Assembly (NCBI GenBank): GCA_024641665.1
Contig: JAHECP010000003.1
Location: 31,697 to 37,127, forward strand
DNA from: Acidobacteriota bacterium
GTDB lineage: Bacteria; Acidobacteriota; Vicinamibacteria; Vicinamibacterales; JAHECP01
Length of the DNA: 5,431 nucleotides
Direction of reading: 5' to 3'
Both the position numbers and the translations under genes were made by a program. How positions within the stretch are numbered: position 1 is the first letter of the stretch; each line of letters starts with the position of its first letter. Shown piece by piece: positions 1-5,431 of the stretch. The notes under the pieces are model-generated. The model was not told the DNA's origin. It was given only the letters and a program-made list of their open reading frames with translations, and did no database searches.

Positions 1-88
1 CACCCCGGCTCGGTCGCTCGCGCTCTCCGGCTTCGCTCAGAGCGCCCTGAGCATGTCGAAGGGCGGGGACCCCATCGCCCCGCGCCGC
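1..88. repeat. Intergenic direct repeat, copy 1 of 2 (REP/MITE-like element; left edge may be cut by the window start)
   Basis: 1..88 aligns without gaps to 138..225 with one mismatch (c27 vs t164). It contains two partly overlapping inverted repeats: gcgctct 20-26 / agagcgc 39-45 and cgccct 43-48 / agggcg 60-65. The ORFs crossing it (37..276 minus, 190..516 plus) are low-complexity and not credible genes. Confidence 0.9.
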
Positions 89-96
89 TCCCTCGC

Positions 97-117
97 GGGC
101 CGCGCCGTGCGCGGCCC
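97..117. other. Perfect GC hairpin (9-bp stem, 3-nt loop) in the spacer between the two repeat copies; function unknown
   Basis: gggccgcgc (97-105), loop cgt, gcgcggccc (109-117) are exact reverse complements. No T-tract follows on either strand, so it is not a canonical intrinsic terminator. Confidence 0.6.
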
Positions 118-137
118 TCCCATGGGGCTCCGCCCCA

Positions 138-225
138 CACCCCGGCTCGGTCGCTCGCGCTCTTCGGCTTCGCTCAGAGCGCCCTGAGCATGTCGAAGGG
201 CGGGGACCCCATCGCCCCGCGCCGC
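138..225. repeat. Intergenic direct repeat, copy 2 of 2
   Basis: 87 of 88 positions are identical to 1..88, with an offset of 137 nt. It carries the same internal inverted repeats. Similarity stops abruptly at 226. Confidence 0.9.
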
Positions 226-237
226 CTGTCCGTGTCG

Positions 238-285
238 CATTCCGTGGCCCATTCCACGGGCATTTCTGTGGGTCATTTTCCGGCT
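238..285 (+). promoter_or_regulatory. Four phased direct repeats CATT(T)YC-N2-4-GG; candidate regulator-binding array upstream of the response-regulator promoter
   Basis: cattccgtgg (238), cattccacgg (250), catttctgtgg (261) and cattttccgg (274). CATT starts are spaced 12, 11 and 13 nt apart, about one helical turn. The array ends about 30 nt upstream of the TATAAT box. Confidence 0.4.
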
Positions 286-315
286 CGGCCCGTCCGTTCC
301 CGCCCGCCAAACCGT

Positions 316-321
316 TATAAT
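316..321 (+). promoter_or_regulatory. Candidate sigma-70-type -10 box (TATAAT) for the response-regulator gene
   Basis: A perfect TATAAT hexamer in DNA that is otherwise very GC-rich. The hexamer ends 8 nt before ATG 330. No convincing -35 at 17-bp spacing (tccgtt 293-298) and no Shine-Dalgarno before the ATG. Confidence 0.4.
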
Positions 322-329
322 GCCGCTAC

Positions 330-1685
330 ATGGCCACTGCGACCCTCCTCGTCGTCGACGACGAGCAGCTCATTCGCTGGTCGCTCGTCGAGCGGCTCCG
401 GCAGGAAGGACACCGCGTGCTCGAAGCGGGCACGGGCGCCGAAGCGCTCGAGCGCTGCAGCGACGACGTGGACCTGGTGCTGCTCGACTACCGGCTTCCC
501 GACGCCGACGGGGTGACGCTTCTCCGGCAGATCCGCAAGGCGCACCCCGACACGGTCGTGATCATGATGACGGCGTACTCGAGCGTGGACGTCGCCGTCG
601 AGGCCATGAAGGAGGGCGCGTACCACTACGTCGGCAAGCCCTTCAACCTCGACGAGGTGACGGTCCTCGTCGACAAGGGCCTCGAGACGACGGCGCTCCG
701 GCGCGAGCTGCGGGTGCTGCGCGCCAGCCAGACCGAGCGGTACGAGATCGAGCGCATCGTGGGCGACTCACCGGTGATGCGGCAGCTCAAGGAGCTGCTG
801 GCGAAGGTGGCCGTGAGCCCGGCGTCCACGGTGCTCCTGACCGGCGAGAGCGGCACCGGCAAGGACCTCGCCGCCAAGGTGATCCATTACACGAGCGCGC
901 GGGCGGGCCGCCCGTTCATGAACATCACCTGCTCGGCGTTGCCCGAGGCGCTGCTCGAGTCGGAGCTGTTCGGGCACGAGCGCGGCGCGTTCACCGACGC
1001 GCGCCAGCAGAAGCGCGGGCTGCTGGAGTCGGCCGACGGCGGCACGGTCTTCCTCGACGAGATCGGCGAGATGGTGCCGGCGCTGCAGGCGAAGCTACTG
1101 CGCTTCCTCGAGGAGAAGACGTTCAAGCGCGTGGGCGGCGCGGCGGACGTGCGCGTGGACGTGCGCGTGATCGCCGCGACCAACCGCAACCTCGAGGACG
1201 CGGTGTCGCAGGGGAAGTTCCGCGACGATCTCTACTACCGCCTGAACGTGCTGCCGGTCACGCTGCCGCCGCTGCGCGATCACCCGAGCGACATTCCACG
1301 GCTCGTCGCCTACTACGTGGACGCGTTCGGCCGCGAGTTCCGCAAGCCGGTGCGCGGCGTGACGCCCGAGGCGATGGAGCGGCTGCAGCGGCACGGCTGG
1401 CCGGGCAACATCCGCGAGCTGCGCAACGTGGTGGAGCGGGCGGTGCTGCTCGCGGAGACCGAGCGGCTCGGACCCGAGCAGTTCCCGATGCTCTCGGCGC
1501 GCCCCGCGACGTCGGGCTTCGAGCTGCCGCCGACCGGCGTCAATCTGGATGAGCTGGAACGCGACCTGGTGGTGCAGGCGCTGGGCCGCGCCGGAGGCAA
1601 CCAGACCCGAGCGGCCGCCCTCCTGGGCCTCAACCGGGACCAGATTCGGTACCGCATCGAGAAGTTCGGTCTTGGCAAGTCGTAG
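330..1685 (+). CDS. NtrC-family sigma-54-dependent response regulator (receiver + AAA+ sigma-54 interaction domain + Fis-type HTH)
   Basis: 451-aa ORF from ATG 330 to TAG 1683-1685. Receiver motifs: LLVVDDE, LVLLDYRLPDADG (phospho-acceptor Asp), MMTAYSS, GKPF. AAA+ motifs: Walker A GESGTGKD, GAFTDA loop, Walker B VFLDEIGE, RVIAATNRNL, FRDDLYYRLNV, WPGNIRELRNVVERA. C-terminal HTH: GGNQTRAAALLGLNRDQIRYRIEKFGL. Strong GC3 bias. Confidence 0.95.
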   Translation: MATATLLVVDDEQLIRWSLVERLRQEGHRVLEAGTGAEALERCSDDVDLVLLDYRLPDADGVTLLRQIRKAHPDTVVIMMTAYSSVDVAVEAMKEGAYHYVGKPFNLDEVTVLVDKGLETTALRRELRVLRASQTERYEIERIVGDSPVMRQLKELLAKVAVSPASTVLLTGESGTGKDLAAKVIHYTSARAGRPFMNITCSALPEALLESELFGHERGAFTDARQQKRGLLESADGGTVFLDEIGEMVPALQAKLLRFLEEKTFKRVGGAADVRVDVRVIAATNRNLEDAVSQGKFRDDLYYRLNVLPVTLPPLRDHPSDIPRLVAYYVDAFGREFRKPVRGVTPEAMERLQRHGWPGNIRELRNVVERAVLLAETERLGPEQFPMLSARPATSGFELPPTGVNLDELERDLVVQALGRAGGNQTRAAALLGLNRDQIRYRIEKFGLGKS

Positions 1686-1768
1686 GGCTTCCACCCCAGG
1701 CGGAAAACGGGGTCAGACCCCCTGCCCGCCCCTTCCCCGGCCGGGCGACTTTTCCCAGGGGCCCGGGC

Positions 1769-1778
1769 GGAATATTCC
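1769..1778. promoter_or_regulatory. Perfect 10-bp palindrome GGAATATTCC; candidate upstream activator or architectural-protein site for the sigma-54 promoter
   Basis: Exact palindrome and a locally AT-rich island in GC-rich DNA. Its centre is about 77 nt upstream of the -24 GG (about -102 from the predicted start near 1876), the usual distance for bEBP enhancer sites. Confidence 0.3.
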
Positions 1779-1849
1779 CCAGATCCGGCCCTCGGAGGCG
1801 CGTCATGCCGGGAAACCGGCCCGTCTCGGCCCCTCTTCTGCCGTCTTTC

Positions 1850-1865
1850 TGGCACGCTGGTTGCT
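1850..1865 (+). promoter_or_regulatory. Sigma-54 (RpoN) -24/-12 promoter
   Basis: TGGCAC gctgg TTGCT matches the consensus TGGCAC-N5-TTGCW at every specified position, with GG at 1851-1852 and GC at 1863-1864. It lies in the 272-nt gap between the response regulator and the nfu-like gene. The predicted start near 1876 gives a leader of about 82 nt. Confidence 0.8.
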
Positions 1866-1957
1866 GAAAATCCGGCGGGTGGTTGCCTGCGTGAGGCGTG
1901 GGCTCGAGATGTGCGCATCCCCAGGGGTCTCGGGACGGGGGCGCGGGAGAACCAGGC

Positions 1958-2182
1958 ATGGTGACTCGGGAACGGGTCGAGGCGGTGCTCGAGCGGGTTC
2001 GTCCCTTTCTGCAGGCGGACGGCGGCGACATCGAGCTGCTCGAGGTGCAGGGCAACAGCGCCAAGGTGCGGCTGACGGGGATGTGCGCCGGCTGCCCGAG
2101 CGCGCACATGACGCTCTACATGGGCGTCGAGATGGCGCTGCGCGAGGAGATTCGGGAGTTCGAGGAGCTGCAGGTCGTCTGA
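1958..2182 (+). CDS. Nfu / NifU C-terminal-domain protein (small Fe-S cluster carrier/scaffold-like)
   Basis: 74 aa counted from ATG 1958, which is preceded by GGGAGA (1945-1950). Family-typical segments: VRPFLQADGGDIELLEV and the CxxC motif in LTGMCAGCPSAHMTL. The ORF track start at 1898 adds a low-complexity 20-aa extension with no RBS. Confidence 0.85.
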   Translation: MVTRERVEAVLERVRPFLQADGGDIELLEVQGNSAKVRLTGMCAGCPSAHMTLYMGVEMALREEIREFEELQVV

Positions 2183-2198
2183 CCGGGATCGGCACGAG

Positions 2199-3248
<1,050 letters not shown>

Positions 3249-3274
3249 CGCCCGGATGCCGGGAGGAGTCGAAC

Positions 3275-3679
3275 GTGAAGGAGACGCGGTACGGCCTCGG
3301 GATCGACGTGGCCACGGGATTCGATGAGACGGTCGGGCGCGTGACCGACGCGCTCAAGGCCGAGGGCTTCGGCGTGCTGACGACGATCGACGTGCAGGCG
3401 ACGCTGAAGCAGAAGCTGGATCGGGACTTCCGGCAGTACGTGATTCTGGGCGCCTGCAACCCCCACCTCGCCAGCCGGGCGCTGGACGCCGAGCTCGAGA
3501 TCGGGCTGCTGCTGCCCTGCAACGTCATCGTGTACGACCGCGGCGACGGTCGCACCGCCGTGTCGGCCATGGCGCCGATCCCGGCGATGGGGATCGTGGG
3601 CAACGAGACGCTGAAGGCGGTGGCCGTCGAGGCCGACGCGCGGCTGCGCCGCGCGCTCGGGTCGCTCGAGTCGAAGTAG
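3275..3679 (+). CDS. DUF302-family protein (function unknown)
   Basis: 134 aa counted from GTG 3275, which is preceded by a strong SD GGGAGGAG (3261-3268). Family-typical segments: YVILGACNPHLASRAL and LLLPCNVIVYD; the size is typical. An alternative in-frame GTG at 3245 would overlap the upstream TGA as GTGA, so the start is uncertain by 10 codons. Confidence 0.85.
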   Translation: MKETRYGLGIDVATGFDETVGRVTDALKAEGFGVLTTIDVQATLKQKLDRDFRQYVILGACNPHLASRALDAELEIGLLLPCNVIVYDRGDGRTAVSAMAPIPAMGIVGNETLKAVAVEADARLRRALGSLESK

Positions 3680-3823
3680 CCGCGGCCCCGCCGTCGCATC
3701 GGATGTCGACGCGCTGGAGGAGCGCCGGACGGCCCCGCGCCGCCCGGCGGCAGCGCCAATCGTAGCGACTGGCCCCGACCCGCCGCCGGGAGCGACCGGG
3801 CCTTCGAGTACTCGAGGACCGCC

Positions 3824-4828
<1,005 letters not shown>

Positions 4829-4836
4829 CGAAAGGT

Positions 4837-4862
4837 CGGCACGCGCGCGGGGCGGCGTGCCG
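4837..4862. other. Inverted repeat CGGCACGC-N10-GCGTGCCG; either a U-tract-less terminator hairpin after activator B or an enhancer site for the downstream sigma-54 promoter
   Basis: cggcacgc (4837-4844) and gcgtgccg (4855-4862) are exact reverse complements. The repeat starts 9 nt after the TGA at 4826-4828. Its centre is about 68 nt upstream of the -24 GG at 4917-4918. No T-run follows. Confidence 0.4.
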
Positions 4863-4915
4863 GACAGCCCGCTCGAGGCCAGGATTTCCGGGCGATCTCG
4901 AGCCCCGCACCGCCC

Positions 4916-4931
4916 TGGTATCGGTGTTGCT
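4916..4931 (+). promoter_or_regulatory. Candidate sigma-54 -24/-12 promoter
   Basis: TGGTAT cggtg TTGCT has GG (4917-4918) and GC (4929-4930) at the exact consensus spacing, a full TTGCT -12 element identical to the one at 1861-1865, and a preceding C as in YTGG. The -24 hexamer differs from TGGCAC at two positions. Confidence 0.55.
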
Positions 4932-4944
4932 ACCTCGAACCGAC

Positions 4945-5394
4945 ATGGAGTCCGCCGTCGTGTCCACCGCCGTGCCGCCGGGCGGCGCGTTGCGCGTCCA
5001 GGTGCTGGGCGCGGACGCCGACCCGGTTCCGCCGGCCGATCTGGCCCGGCTGTTTCCCCGCCTGCGCCCGTTCTCGCCGCGCTTCGACCGCCTCGCCCAC
5101 GCCGCCCGCATCGAGGTCACCGAAAACGACCGGCTCGTGGGGCTGGCCCTCTATCAGCGCGCCGAAGAGGAGCTGCGCGTCCCCGAGCTGGGCGTGAACA
5201 CCACCTCGGCCGGCGGCACGCACGAGGTGCTGAACGTGCTCTTCGACGCGCTCGAGACCGCCTGCCTCGCCGGCGGCCACCGGCGCCTCATCGTAACCCC
5301 GCCCGCGACGGCGCTCGCGATGCTGCAGCGCCGCGGCTACACCCTCATCCGCGAAGGCTGCGCCGGCACCTGGCTCGAGAAGATCTTCGAGTAG
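4945..5394 (+). CDS. Small hypothetical protein with GNAT (acetyltransferase)-like C-terminal topology; product uncertain
   Basis: 149 aa from ATG 4945 to TAG 5392-5394, with good GC3 bias. LRVPELGVNTTSAGGTHEVLNVLFDALETACLAGGHRRLIV...ALAMLQRRGYTLI resembles GNAT strand 4, a degenerate motif A loop, helix 3, strand 5 and the xxGF/Y strand. The part of track ORF 4498..5394 upstream of 4829 overlaps activator B out of frame and is rejected. An in-frame GTG 4960 with GGAG at 4947-4950 is an alternative start. Confidence 0.55.
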   Translation: MESAVVSTAVPPGGALRVQVLGADADPVPPADLARLFPRLRPFSPRFDRLAHAARIEVTENDRLVGLALYQRAEEELRVPELGVNTTSAGGTHEVLNVLFDALETACLAGGHRRLIVTPPATALAMLQRRGYTLIREGCAGTWLEKIFE

Positions 5395-5395
5395 A

Positions 5396-5431
5396 CGGGG
5401 GATCCTTGTCCGCTCACGGGGGGATCCTTGT
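5396..5431. repeat. Short direct repeat CGGGGGATCCTTGT x2 at the window edge (truncated)
   Basis: cgggggatccttgt (5396-5409) and cggggggatccttgt (5417-5431) are separated by ccgctca. The first copy begins 2 nt after the stop of the last ORF. The window ends inside or at the end of copy 2. Confidence 0.5.

Noticed and set aside
1-225. Possible CRISPR array
   Set aside because: The repeat unit (88 bp) is far longer than CRISPR repeats, the spacer is 49 bp, and only two copies are visible. No cas genes are in the window. It fits a REP/MITE-like element better.
37-516. ORFs 37..276 (minus) and 190..516 (plus) across the repeat region
   Set aside because: They are built from the 88-bp repeat copies and the phased short repeats (for example GMGHGMRHG). 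They are low-complexity and overlap the real regulator start, so they are artefacts of repeat DNA.
320-1552. 410-aa plus-strand ORF in an alternative frame of the response-regulator gene
   Set aside because: Its translation is an Arg/Gly/Ala-rich string with no domain signature. The frame starting at 330 contains complete receiver, AAA+ and HTH motifs.
1709-1721. Hairpin ggggt-cag-acccc after the response-regulator stop, as a possible intrinsic terminator
   Set aside because: It has only a 5-bp stem with a 3-nt loop and no downstream T-tract. This is too weak to call, and such short GC stems are expected by chance at this GC content.
1898-1957. Upstream ATG 1898 as the start of the nfu-like gene
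   Set aside because: The extra 20 residues (MGSRCAHPQGSRDGGAGEPG) are low-complexity and have no RBS. ATG 1958 has GGGAGA at the right distance and yields the usual ~74-aa single-domain Nfu size.
3770-3784. Sigma-54-like TGGCCCcgaccCGCC upstream of activator B
   Set aside because: The GC dinucleotide is displaced by one position relative to GG (positions 3783-3784 are CC), and the TTGC element is missing. It does not satisfy the rigid -24/-12 spacing.

Overview
Very GC-rich bacterial window; the real genes have G/C at almost every third codon position. All six supported genes lie on the + strand, and the long minus-strand ORFs look like GC-driven shadow ORFs.

Layout:
- 1..329: non-coding leader region. 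It holds two copies of an 88-bp repeat, a perfect GC hairpin, four helically phased CATTYC direct repeats, and a TATAAT box 8 nt before the first start codon.
- 330..1685: NtrC-family response regulator (receiver + sigma-54 AAA+ + Fis HTH).
- 1850..1865: consensus sigma-54 promoter TGGCACgctggTTGCT.
- 1958..2182: Nfu/NifU C-terminal-domain Fe-S carrier.
- 2199..3248: sigma-54 activator A, with no N-terminal sensor domain.
- 3275..3679: DUF302 protein.
- 3824..4828: sigma-54 activator B, a sensor-less paralogue of A.
- 4916..4931: second -24/-12 match, abutting the next start codon.
- 4945..5394: small GNAT-like ORF.

Most interesting signal: this looks like a self-contained sigma-54 relay. A phosphorylation-controlled activator sits upstream of a sigma-54 operon that encodes two near-identical sensor-less activators.
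- Each sensor-less activator is preceded by a small Cys-containing protein (Nfu-like, DUF302).
- Both carry a conserved C-x6-C-x-C-x6-C cluster at the ATPase/HTH junction.
- Both carry non-canonical Walker B (DD) and sensor-I residues.

I do not recognise this arrangement as a described system. All functional links are inference from sequence only. The taxon cannot be assigned from the window; the high GC content and density of sigma-54 activators would fit Myxococcota, Acidobacteriota or similar, but that is a guess.
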